Below are positions 32,401-39,972 of a DNA stretch of 40,779 nucleotides, piece after piece (the stretch's first letter is position 1; each line of letters begins with the position of its first letter). Both the position numbers and the translations under genes were made by a program. Origin of the DNA: Sulfuricaulis sp. (GTDB lineage: Bacteria; Pseudomonadota; Gammaproteobacteria; Acidiferrobacterales; Sulfurifustaceae); NCBI GenBank assembly GCA_035456865.1, contig DATICK010000250.1, forward strand, positions 1 through 40,779, written 5' to 3'. The notes beneath the pieces are model-generated. The model had not been told where the DNA came from, searched no databases, and was given only the letters and a program-made list of their open reading frames with translations.

Positions 32401-34612
32401 GCGCCGCCTGGCGCAGATGGCGCGCGAACATCCCGAGATCCTCCGGTTTATCGAAGAGAATGTGGCAATTTTCAATGGCGTCAGAGAGGATGCACGCAGT
32501 TTCGATCTGCTGCACAACCTTCTCGATGCGCAGGCCTTCCGTTTGGCCAACTGGCGGGTGGCGAGCGACGAGATCAATTATCGGCGCTTCTTCGATATCA
32601 ACGACCTCGCCGGCCTGCGCACGGAAAACCCGGAGGTGTTCGAGGCCACGCACCGGCTGATCTTCGAGCTGATCGCCCAGGAAAAGATCGACGGGCTGCG
32701 CATCGATCACCCGGATGGCTTGTTCGATCCCGTCCAGTATTTCGACCGATTGAATCATCGCATCCGGGAGCTCGTTTCCGGCGTGGGGGTAACGCAGAAT
32801 TCGGGAGAGCCGGCATCTACCGCGAAAAATCCATCAATCTACCTGGTGGTCGAAAAGATTCTGGCCAGTCACGAACGCTTGCCGGAGAACTGGCAGGTGC
32901 ATGGTACGACAGGTTACGACTTCGCCAATCTGGTTAACGGGCTGTTTGTTTACGGACCTGCTGAGCGCGAAATGGACCGTATCTATCGACACTTCGCCGG
33001 CTTACAGCCGGACTTTGACGATCTGCTCTATGAGTGCAAGAAACTCGTCATGCGCACAACGCTTTCCAGCGAATTGCACGTGCTGACCAATTATCTCGAC
33101 CGTATTTCCGAGTCTGATCGCTATACGCGCGACTTCACCCTGACTGCCCAGCATACCGCATTGTTTGAAGTCGTTGCCTGCTTTCCGGTTTATCGAACTT
33201 ATGTCACCAGCGAAGAAGTGACCGATGATGACCGGCGCAATGTGGACTGGGCCATTGTTGCGGCGAAGCGCCGCAGCACGGCAGCGGATACCAGTATCTT
33301 TGATTTCATCCGTCGAATTCTGTTGCTCCAGGACCTGGAAGGGCGCAGCGGGGGCTATCGAAAAGCGGTGGTGGAATTTGTCATGCGGTTCCAGCAATAC
33401 ACGGCACCGGTCATGGCAAAGGGTCTCGAAGACACGATGTTCTACCGTTACAACCGCCTGCTATCGCTCAATGAAGTCGGGAGTAATGGGTATCGCTTCG
33501 CGGTGTCGATCCACGCCTTTCATATTGCCAACCAGGAGCGCCTGCGCCGCTGGCCACATGCCATGCTTTGCACGTCCTCGCACGATACCAAGCGCAGCGA
33601 GGACGCGCGCGCACGCATCAATGTCTTGTCGGAGCTTGCGGGCGAGTGGCGAATACATCTGTCCCGCTGGAGCCGAATCAACCGCAGCAAGAAACGCCGC
33701 CTCGAGACTGGATGGGCGCCGAGCCAGAATGATGAGTATCTGCTCTATCAGACGCTGTTGGGCGTTTGGCCGGCGGCGATGCTGGATACATCGCAACTGG
33801 CGGACCTGCGGCAGCGCATCGAGGCGTATATGCTTAAGGCGATTCGCGAGGCGAAGGTGCATACCAGCTGGGTCAATCCCAATCATTCTTATGAAGAGGG
33901 GGTGGCCGCCTTTGTGCAGGCCCTGCTGGAAATCCCAGAACGCAACCTTTTCCTCGAGGATTTTCTGGCATTTCATCACCGGGTGGCGCATCTGGGCCGG
34001 CTCAACAGTCTGAGCCAAACCTTGATCAGTCTGACCTCTCCCGGGGTCCCGGATATCTACCAGGGAACCGAGTTGTGGGATCTGAGCCTGGTCGATCCGG
34101 ACAACCGGCGACCCGTGGATTATCCACGGCGGCAAGACATGCTGGAGGAATTGAGCGCACTGGCCGCGCGCAAAGGCAAGGAGGCGTGTGCCGAAAGGGT
34201 GCGTGCTTTATTGGATACCCTGGAGGACGGCAAGGCGAAACTTTATCTGACTTGGCAGGCGTTATCGCTGCGCCGTGACAAACCTCACTGGTTCGGCCGG
34301 GGCAGTTACCTCCCGCTCGGTGTCGATGGCCCCCGGGCCGACCATCTTTGTGCGTTTGCCCGGGTTTACCAGGATCAAGCGGTGGTGACGGCGGCGTCTC
34401 GCTGGTTTTCGACGCTGGTCAGCGACACCCAGCCTATGCCCCTCGGCAAGGAGGTCTGGGCAGACACCTGGGTGGAGGCACCCGCCGAGCGCGAGTATCT
34501 CAATGTCCTGACCGGGGAGACGCTGGGTACCACATGCCGCAACGACAAAATATACTTCGCCGTGCAAAACCTGTTTGCCCATTTCCCCGTGGCTTTGCTG
34601 ATCACAACTTAA
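29468..34612 (+). CDS. 4-alpha-glucanotransferase (MalQ, GH77) / malto-oligosyltrehalose synthase (TreY) fusion
   Basis: N-half: WGIGDFTDL, SPYSPSSR, GAPPD, GQNWGLPP, RIDHVMGL, GEDLG. C-half: PTATYRLQF, HGYD, INYRRFFDIN, RIDHPDGL, SHDTKRSED. Single ORF, ATG at 29468. Confidence 0.93.
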   Translation: MSEPDKLQELCRLCGVDIEYTDIWGKSHAVPERTLLALLAAMGVDAADETNLRSALKARRWRPWQRMLAPVQVVRAATSPTRILLVFAVSDAALPFEWKLWTEAGRESGGKTSAMDLELLEQRDIDGDVMARYAMILPETLSCGYHRFEIKCASGNSASLSLIVAPDACYLPPALAGEGRVWGPAVHLYTLRSPHNWGIGDFTDLRGLLEQCRESGADIIGLNPLHDLFPHNPQHASPYSPSSRQFLNYLYIDVEAIPEFTECETVRQMVAAPEFQARLQALRAAECVDHDGVAAMKRPVLEELYSYFRRQHVQTGTDSSHAFRAFIEAGGEGLYRHALYEALQEYFHAQDPSVWGWEIWPQAFRDPQSSEVRQFAESHHERVEFFQYLQWHAETQLAAAGHRSLELRLGVGLYQDLAISVDRASAEVWANQSLFVTHATIGAPPDDFNLNGQNWGLPPWNPDALVDSAYAPFIATLRANMRHSGGLRIDHVMGLMRLFWVPRDAGPVDGTYVHYPFDDLLGIVALESQRNRCLVIGEDLGTVPDAVRSTLASSGVFTHRLLYFEKDPQGDFKPPGDYPQQALVAVSTHDLPTLSGFWHGDDLSERAALNHFPSEAERDRQVIARAEDRARLLLALDREKLLPKGMTVYPISSPDMTLELMCAVHNYLANTPSKIMLVQLEDVLGQRRQVNFPGTSEERPNWRYKLVLDMEDLAADPRWKKLTNDLRARRLPAPVPVRRERVLQIPTATYRLQFHRDFTFAQAAALVPYLQRLGISHCYASPYLKARAGSRHGYDIVDHNALNPEIGSVEDYDRFVRTLHDHGLGQIVDIVPNHMGAGGDDNQWWMDVLENGQASAYAGFFDIDWHPPKDDLRGKVLSPVLGDHYGRLLESGEIKLAFEAGQGTFAVRYYSNRFPIDPQSYPLLLGHDLARLERQLGADHPLLSEFQSLITALRNLPGRGETDEAHIKERRRDKEVHKRRLAQMAREHPEILRFIEENVAIFNGVREDARSFDLLHNLLDAQAFRLANWRVASDEINYRRFFDINDLAGLRTENPEVFEATHRLIFELIAQEKIDGLRIDHPDGLFDPVQYFDRLNHRIRELVSGVGVTQNSGEPASTAKNPSIYLVVEKILASHERLPENWQVHGTTGYDFANLVNGLFVYGPAEREMDRIYRHFAGLQPDFDDLLYECKKLVMRTTLSSELHVLTNYLDRISESDRYTRDFTLTAQHTALFEVVACFPVYRTYVTSEEVTDDDRRNVDWAIVAAKRRSTAADTSIFDFIRRILLLQDLEGRSGGYRKAVVEFVMRFQQYTAPVMAKGLEDTMFYRYNRLLSLNEVGSNGYRFAVSIHAFHIANQERLRRWPHAMLCTSSHDTKRSEDARARINVLSELAGEWRIHLSRWSRINRSKKRRLETGWAPSQNDEYLLYQTLLGVWPAAMLDTSQLADLRQRIEAYMLKAIREAKVHTSWVNPNHSYEEGVAAFVQALLEIPERNLFLEDFLAFHHRVAHLGRLNSLSQTLISLTSPGVPDIYQGTELWDLSLVDPDNRRPVDYPRRQDMLEELSALAARKGKEACAERVRALLDTLEDGKAKLYLTWQALSLRRDKPHWFGRGSYLPLGVDGPRADHLCAFARVYQDQAVVTAASRWFSTLVSDTQPMPLGKEVWADTWVEAPAEREYLNVLTGETLGTTCRNDKIYFAVQNLFAHFPVALLITT

Positions 34613-34785
34613 TTTTTTATAAACAATTAGATAATAAATTACATTTATGTAAATTATTAAAATTCGATCGCGGCTATGCCAGACTGCGACATAAAACGTA
34701 AATAGATAAGTAAACAGATACGCAGGTGAGCTGGTTGGGGGGGATGGAATTCCGGGCTCGTGTCTAGACGGTACGCGCTTATTAT

Positions 34786-34813
34786 ACTTCGTATAATGTA
34801 TATTATGTCAAAT
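34786..34813 (+). other. dif: Chromosomal dif site (XerC/XerD)
   Basis: ACTTCGTATAA-TGTATA-TTATGTCAAAT, 23/28 identical to E. coli dif (spacer identical, XerD arm 10/11). It is intergenic and AT-rich, and gene orientation switches nearby. Confidence 0.85.
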
Positions 34814-34836
34814 CTAAAAAGGAGCTAAATAACGCC

Positions 34837-35178
34837 ATGTACGAACGCCGTCATGAGGCCCTGCTCCCGTACCCCATCTTCATTCGACGCGTCATCAAGC
34901 ATGTCGGCGCTGCTGTTCTGATTCTTGCAGCGACATTGGGCATCGGAACATGGGGATATCATGCACTGGAGAATCTGTCATGGGTGGATGCACTCCTGAA
35001 CGCGTCCATGATCTTGGGCGGTATGGGGCCGGTGGATACGCTGTACACAACCGCCGGAAAATTGTTCGCTTCGGCTTACGCGTTGTTCAGCGGAATTGTG
35101 TTTCTGGCCACGTCCGGGGTGCTTCTGGCGCCGTTCCTGCATCGTCTGATGCACCGGTTTCATCTCGAGGCGCGATAA
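34837..35178 (+). CDS. Small 2-TM membrane protein with a K+-channel-like pore layout
   Basis: TM1-GYHALENLSWVDALLNASMILGGMGP-TTAGKLFAS-TM2; RBS AAAGGAG. Confidence 0.7.
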   Translation: MYERRHEALLPYPIFIRRVIKHVGAAVLILAATLGIGTWGYHALENLSWVDALLNASMILGGMGPVDTLYTTAGKLFASAYALFSGIVFLATSGVLLAPFLHRLMHRFHLEAR

Positions 35179-35190
35179 TTTCTGAAGTCC

Positions 35191-36546
35191 CTAACGCGTT
35201 AATCGTGCACGAAGCGTCTTCACCCGGTTCGCCAGATTTTTCCGGCTAAATTCCGGCACGTCCTTGAGCGCGAGCACCCGTTCAGGGTAATCCTTGGTCG
35301 CTGTCAGCAGTTCCTGCAGGATATCCGCCGCTACGACACGCGTGAGGCCGAAGGATTCGCCCACCCGCGCGACGCTGTATCCAAGATTGTGTTTCTCGTC
35401 GATGTAAAACGGCAGCGCCGAGACCAGATCATGCCGATCCCAGGCGCGCATGGGGGTTGGATCGAATACCGGTGCGATACGAACCTTTTCCGGTCCGCCC
35501 AGGAAGGCCAGGTTTTCGAGGTGCAGGTCGCCATTGCCGGTGAGCAGCGCCATCACGAACCGCCGATAAACCTCAAGGCGCGCGGCCGGGGCGTCGATAG
35601 GGGTGATTTCCGCCAGTTTCAGCAGCATCAGGCCCACGCCTTCGACTTCGGCGTCGGTCATGGTGCGCACCTGCTGCTGGCCGGTGGCGTACACCGAGAA
35701 AAAGCTTTCCATCGCGAGCGACGCACCGGTTGGCGTCCGGTCGAAGCGTTCCACGGCCAGCGCCGACAGGCCGTCGATCGTGGCACGCCAGTGGCGCGGA
35801 ACCTCGAAACCCAGTTCGTGGTGCAGGTCCAGGCACAAAGCTTCCAGTGCTTCGAGGCCGCGATATTGCGGATCCTCGACTTTCATCACCACGTCGGTGT
35901 AGGCCACTTCGTCGACTTGGCGCGCGCCGGGCTCAGCCAGCGTGCCGTCCCAACTTTTCTTATCGGGGATGGATACCAGCAGCTTCGGGATCTGGCCCCC
36001 GACCGAGGGGGTAGGACCGATGAGCCGCATGATATCCAGGGTTTCGGCGCTGAACTCCCGGCTCGTGCCCTCCCTCAGCAACTGCCAGAACTCGGAGCGC
36101 GACCCCACCCGCTTCTTCGGTTCGCCAGTGCCGGCATAGGCATCCAGTGCTGCGCGATCGTCGGGGAACACGTCGATGTGCCCGATGCCGTTATGGCCGG
36201 TAAGCATCAATAGTTCCCATTCAGTTTCAAAGCCTGGCGCCGGAACGTTCGAGCGTTTTGCGAGCAAGCTGGTGTACAGCCGTCGCTGGATGTTGTTCGC
36301 GTTTCGGCCCGGGATCAGCGCCATAAGCCGCGGCAACAGCGGCAGGATTTCGGTGGACACGTGCACGAACGGCCGCGTCTGCCACAGCGATGGCGGCAAT
36401 AGCAACGACAGGCCAGCGGTGTCGGCCTGCTCCAGGAATTCCGGCGAATAGGAAAACCGCATCTCGCGGCCGGTGGCCACGAGCTGGCCCATCTTGCGGG
36501 GTGCGGCGGCAGTTCGGGCCCACACCACCGCATAGCGGTCGGTCAT
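35191..36546 (-). CDS. HipA-family serine/threonine kinase toxin
   Basis: N-terminal FSYSPEF..GLSLLLP (HipA N/couple domain), P-loop SVGGQIPK, ERFDR, GNGDLHLENLAF, APVFD. Confidence 0.85.
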   Translation of the reverse strand: MTDRYAVVWARTAAAPRKMGQLVATGREMRFSYSPEFLEQADTAGLSLLLPPSLWQTRPFVHVSTEILPLLPRLMALIPGRNANNIQRRLYTSLLAKRSNVPAPGFETEWELLMLTGHNGIGHIDVFPDDRAALDAYAGTGEPKKRVGSRSEFWQLLREGTSREFSAETLDIMRLIGPTPSVGGQIPKLLVSIPDKKSWDGTLAEPGARQVDEVAYTDVVMKVEDPQYRGLEALEALCLDLHHELGFEVPRHWRATIDGLSALAVERFDRTPTGASLAMESFFSVYATGQQQVRTMTDAEVEGVGLMLLKLAEITPIDAPAARLEVYRRFVMALLTGNGDLHLENLAFLGGPEKVRIAPVFDPTPMRAWDRHDLVSALPFYIDEKHNLGYSVARVGESFGLTRVVAADILQELLTATKDYPERVLALKDVPEFSRKNLANRVKTLRARLTR

Positions 36547-36812
36547 GAGAAAAAGCGGCCCTGCTGTATGCGCGCGAGCTGGTCGTCGTCCGGTACCACG
36601 GCGAGTTTCAGCCCCACTGCCCGTGCCAGCCGATCGATGAGCGCAAAGTCCGCGGTGCCGCGGCTTTTCATGCGGCTCAGAGTCTCGGGCCGCACGCCGG
36701 CCAGCCGGGCCAGTTCCTTTTCTTTGAGCTTGCGGGACTCGGCAGCGGCCAGGATGGCATTCAGTGTGGACCGAACCGACTCAATGTTGCCTTGGGGTTT
36801 AATATTGATCAT
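36543..36812 (-). CDS. XRE/Cro-type HTH protein, probable HipB-like antitoxin
   Basis: LKEKELARLAGVRPETLSRM HTH; ATGA overlap with the HipA-like gene. Confidence 0.8.
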   Translation of the reverse strand: MINIKPQGNIESVRSTLNAILAAAESRKLKEKELARLAGVRPETLSRMKSRGTADFALIDRLARAVGLKLAVVPDDDQLARIQQGRFFS

Positions 36813-36878
36813 ATGATCAATATTAATAAGATATTGATCTATATGTCAATATAAATATATAAATGACTATATAGTCAA
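36799..36878. promoter_or_regulatory. Three palindromic operators overlapping the HTH-HipA promoter
   Basis: TTGATCATATGATCAA (36805), TTGATCTATATGTCAA (36834), ATGACTATATAGTCAA (36863). Minus strand TTGACA-18-TAATAT, then 7 nt, then ATG. Confidence 0.75.
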
Positions 36879-36937
36879 TAATAATGAGATGTCAGATATA
36901 TGAAGTATTTATATTATTTTTCAATCAGATATGCATA

Positions 36938-36965
36938 TGTACGTATAATAAACCTTAACTCAAAG
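36938..36965 (+). other. Degenerate dif-like site 2
   Basis: TGTACGTATAA-TAAACC-TTAACTCAAAG; 8/11 and 8/11 identical to the arms of the site at 34786. Confidence 0.5.
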
Positions 36966-37236
36966 GTGTTCAGAATTACTCCTGTACCCTGCCCTGACAG
37001 CCAGGTTTTACCCAGCCGTCTCCATGGTTCGGACCTGTACCCATGCATCGCGAACAATGCTCGCCGCGCGTCCATCTGCAGGCGCAGCCGGCTTTCCCAC
37101 CCGTTACGCGCCGCTCACCGTCGACTCCGGACCGGAAGCGCTTCACGCCGCGGCGGCGTCACCACCAGCCGATCGAAGCGGTCGTCCGCCGACGCCGATA
37201 ATTTGATTACCGCGACCGACGCGGGCGAGCCAGCCT

Positions 37237-38205
37237 CTAGTACCCGCCACCCCAGCGATACTGCCAAGCGACGCCGAGACCGGTAAAGTCGCTGCCGGTG
37301 CGGGTGGAGGTGCCGGTGCTGGCGTAGAGTTTCACTGAGTTGTACCGGTCCACCGGCAGCGCGAGGGTCAGGCCTGACCGCGTGTTCGTTTGCATGTTCT
37401 CTCCCTTCACGCCGTTGACGGTGGTGCGCCCGCCCGTATAGTAAATGCCGTTGAATCCCAGCCACATGCCGGAGGGAAAACTGTAAATGATATGCCCCTG
37501 CACCGCGTAGAGCGGTGCCTGCGCAAGCCTGTTACCATTGTTGAAATCAGTATTGTCGGTGTAAAACGTGACGCTCGGCATGATCTCCATCGTCCACGAA
37601 CCCAAAGCCTTGGAAATGCCCAGCTCGGGCTTAAATGACCAGCGGTTGTTGCCGAGGTTGATCAACTTGCTGTTGTCGTATTGCCCCAGCGGCGCTGTCA
37701 CCTGCAGGCTCGCCCCGACGATGACGTCCTGCCGGTAGCTCGCAAACTCCTTCAGCGAAAGCGCGGGAGAGCCGTAGAAGTTCATTGCGAAACGAAATCG
37801 CGGGTCGCCGAAACCCGACATATCGCGTTCTCTGGGCTGGCCGTCCACCGTCCCGTGTCCTGAAAACGAAGTATAGGGCAGCACCACGTCGAACTTGGCG
37901 GCCTTGCCCCACGCATCCAGTGAACGCGCGTAGGCGAAGACCCCGGTATTGGTGTGAAATTGCGCGTCGGTGATCGACGTCGACGGATCGAACGCCATTT
38001 TGCCTTCCGCGTAGACGTAGCCCGCAATCAGGAAATTGAGTCCGACCGGCGTGTTCGTATACGACCTCGGTTCGAGTTCCTGCGCGTGCGCGACCGCGGC
38101 CGGGAACATGAGCGCAATCGGGAAGATTGCTGCGCCCAGGCTGCGAACGGTGCGCGGAAATGCAGTTTCGGAATTACCGGAAAATTTCCTAATGCAGGGG
38201 CGCAA
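37237..38205 (-). CDS. Outer-membrane beta-barrel 'transporter' (Phenol_MetA_deg-like)
   Basis: Signal peptide AAVAHA-QELEPRSYTNTPVGLN, GFGDP, PLGQYD..KLINLGNNRW, C-terminal WQYRW. Start codon uncertain. Confidence 0.75.
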   Translation of the reverse strand: MRPCIRKFSGNSETAFPRTVRSLGAAIFPIALMFPAAVAHAQELEPRSYTNTPVGLNFLIAGYVYAEGKMAFDPSTSITDAQFHTNTGVFAYARSLDAWGKAAKFDVVLPYTSFSGHGTVDGQPRERDMSGFGDPRFRFAMNFYGSPALSLKEFASYRQDVIVGASLQVTAPLGQYDNSKLINLGNNRWSFKPELGISKALGSWTMEIMPSVTFYTDNTDFNNGNRLAQAPLYAVQGHIIYSFPSGMWLGFNGIYYTGGRTTVNGVKGENMQTNTRSGLTLALPVDRYNSVKLYASTGTSTRTGSDFTGLGVAWQYRWGGGY

Positions 38206-38328
38206 CAGGGAGTTTCCTCAAATGGTGCCGGCGGTTCCCACTTCTTATTAGCGATAGGAAATTCAATCCACCCATGTTCTCACCGGGCCAAGCCGCGGCG
38301 CCGGCAGTAAGTGCGAAAGAGTTCCACG

Positions 38329-38356
38329 ACTGCGCATAACGGAACTGATGTTCATA
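38329..38356 (+). other. Degenerate dif-like site 3
   Basis: ACTGCGCATAA-CGGAAC-TGATGTTCATA; XerC arm 9/11 and XerD arm 7/11 to E. coli dif. Confidence 0.45.
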
Positions 38357-38531
38357 CTGGCATCTCCCTCCCCGCCAGACGACTACGATCCGGACGGATC
38401 TTGAGCGGGATCAGCAGTCAATTTCCCAGTAATCTATTCCAACCGCCGCAGCGCGGCAAACACTTTTTACTAATTATCAGTTACCGGGTTCGTAATGAAT
38501 GAAAACTTTTCGCTGACCCGATCGTGTTCTG

Positions 38532-39314
38532 CTATTTCTTTCCTGTCATGCTGGCTTGCGCCGCCTCGCGGAAGTGCTCGATGCTGCCCTGGTGCTCTTG
38601 GTACTCTATTCTCCCCGCCGCAATCTCGGCATCGTAGGCGGCCAGAAAGGCCTTGTAGGCTCCGGCGGCGCTGTCTTTTTTCCCGCTGCGCTCGGCGATT
38701 TGATGCTCCAGCATGATACCTAAAAGATGATTTGGGACGGCCTGCCGAAGCTTATCGATCTGCACGCGCGCGTTTTTGATATCGCCCAGCGTCAAATGCA
38801 GCAAAGCCACATGATAGCGGGCGTCGTTGTCCAACGTTCCCAGATTGTCATAGGCCTGCAGGGCCATCGGCGCGAACTTTAACGCTTCTTCGGTATTCCC
38901 GTTTTCGCTCGCTGCCATGGTCCGGTTGAACAATCGATCCGCCGCATCCCGTGGTGACATGCTGGCAAGGTCTACGGGCTGGCCTGGCGCCGGAACCTTA
39001 GACGTCATAGGCAGTGAAGACGGCGCTGGTGACGCCGCACCATCGCCCCGACCAAACCAGGACAGTAACGCCACGAACAGGGCGATCGTCGCGATCCCGA
39101 TGGCGACCCACGGCGCGATCGTTTGCGCGTTCCATTGTTTAGATGTCGCCTTGGCCTCGAGGGATTCGCCGCACTCGTGACACACGCGCGACCCGGGTTT
39201 GACCTCGGTGTCACAAGACGGGCAGACCGACACAATAGGTGATCCGCAGTGACTGCAGAAATTGCCCGCAGCGTGCTTGCCACAGCTGGGACATTGAATA
39301 GACTTGGCATTCAT
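38532..39314 (-). CDS. Double zinc-ribbon, single-TM, TPR-like protein
   Basis: CPSC/CSHC/CPSC/CHEC, TM segment, Pro/Ser linker, helical TPR-like C-terminus. Confidence 0.75.
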   Translation of the reverse strand: MNAKSIQCPSCGKHAAGNFCSHCGSPIVSVCPSCDTEVKPGSRVCHECGESLEAKATSKQWNAQTIAPWVAIGIATIALFVALLSWFGRGDGAASPAPSSLPMTSKVPAPGQPVDLASMSPRDAADRLFNRTMAASENGNTEEALKFAPMALQAYDNLGTLDNDARYHVALLHLTLGDIKNARVQIDKLRQAVPNHLLGIMLEHQIAERSGKKDSAAGAYKAFLAAYDAEIAAGRIEYQEHQGSIEHFREAAQASMTGKK

Positions 39315-39447
39315 AGTCGCACCTTACCACGGGACAATGTGACGTGACGAGGTGCGCAGAGACGCGGGAAACAAGCGGTGCCGGGGCGCGTCGCCTCGAT
39401 GGAATCGTCGAGCGTCATTTGACTGATTGGCTTGATCTCCGTGCCAC

Positions 39448-39867
39448 TTACTGCGGCCGCGAGAGCACTCCTTCCACAACGTCGGTGTTCTGCGAATCGA
39501 TGATGGCCCAACTCCCGTCATCGACGGTGAGCACATTAAGCAATATGCCCGTCCTGGGAGGAAGCGCCTGACCGTCCGGGCCCACATGCCCCTCAAGGCG
39601 CCATCGTGAGCGCGCAATGGCGAGCTGAGGCAACGGGAAACGCACTGACGTATCGAGAATGGTCAGACGACTGTTCTTGAACATGCTCGCGTGAGTGGCC
39701 TCGTGTGCTTGCCTGATCTCCGCCCTGCCCTTCCACCACAGCCCGACCACATTGACGAACTCGGCATCCGCCGCGAAGAGCTGAGCGAACGCCTCCATGT
39801 CGTGCCGATTCCAGGCGGCGGCAAAGGCATTGACAACACCGGTAACTTTCGAAGTATCTGTGGACAT
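39448..39867 (-). CDS. SgcJ/EcaC (SnoaL/NTF2-like) family protein
   Basis: FAAAWNRHDMEAFAQLFAADAEFVNVVG..GRAEI; WAIIDSQNT. Confidence 0.8.
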   Translation of the reverse strand: MSTDTSKVTGVVNAFAAAWNRHDMEAFAQLFAADAEFVNVVGLWWKGRAEIRQAHEATHASMFKNSRLTILDTSVRFPLPQLAIARSRWRLEGHVGPDGQALPPRTGILLNVLTVDDGSWAIIDSQNTDVVEGVLSRPQ

Positions 39868-39972
39868 ATTCTTGTTCCTCTTATATCGATGCGATCCAGA
39901 CTAAGGATGTGGCGCTCAACGATGATTAAACGACATATAGACTGATATTAACGATATACTCTGCCAAGACAC

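Noticed and set aside
34630-34660. TTATGTAAATT within an imperfect AT-rich palindrome as another dif-like site
   Set aside because: Only a XerD-like half is present, with no XerC arm at 6-bp spacing, and AT-rich background makes chance matches likely.
34786-34801. ACTTCGTATAATGTAT is identical to part of loxP
   Set aside because: The right half is a XerD arm (TTATGTCAAAT), not the loxP inverted arm. This is dif/lox similarity, not an engineered site.
36900-37286. 128-aa + strand ORF
   Set aside because: Begins in AT-rich regulatory DNA, crosses the dif-like site, has no RBS or domain signal, and overlaps the beta-barrel gene end.
39351-39440. GGTGCGCAGAG and ATTTGACTGAT resembling single Xer arms
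   Set aside because: Neither has a partner arm at the correct spacing.
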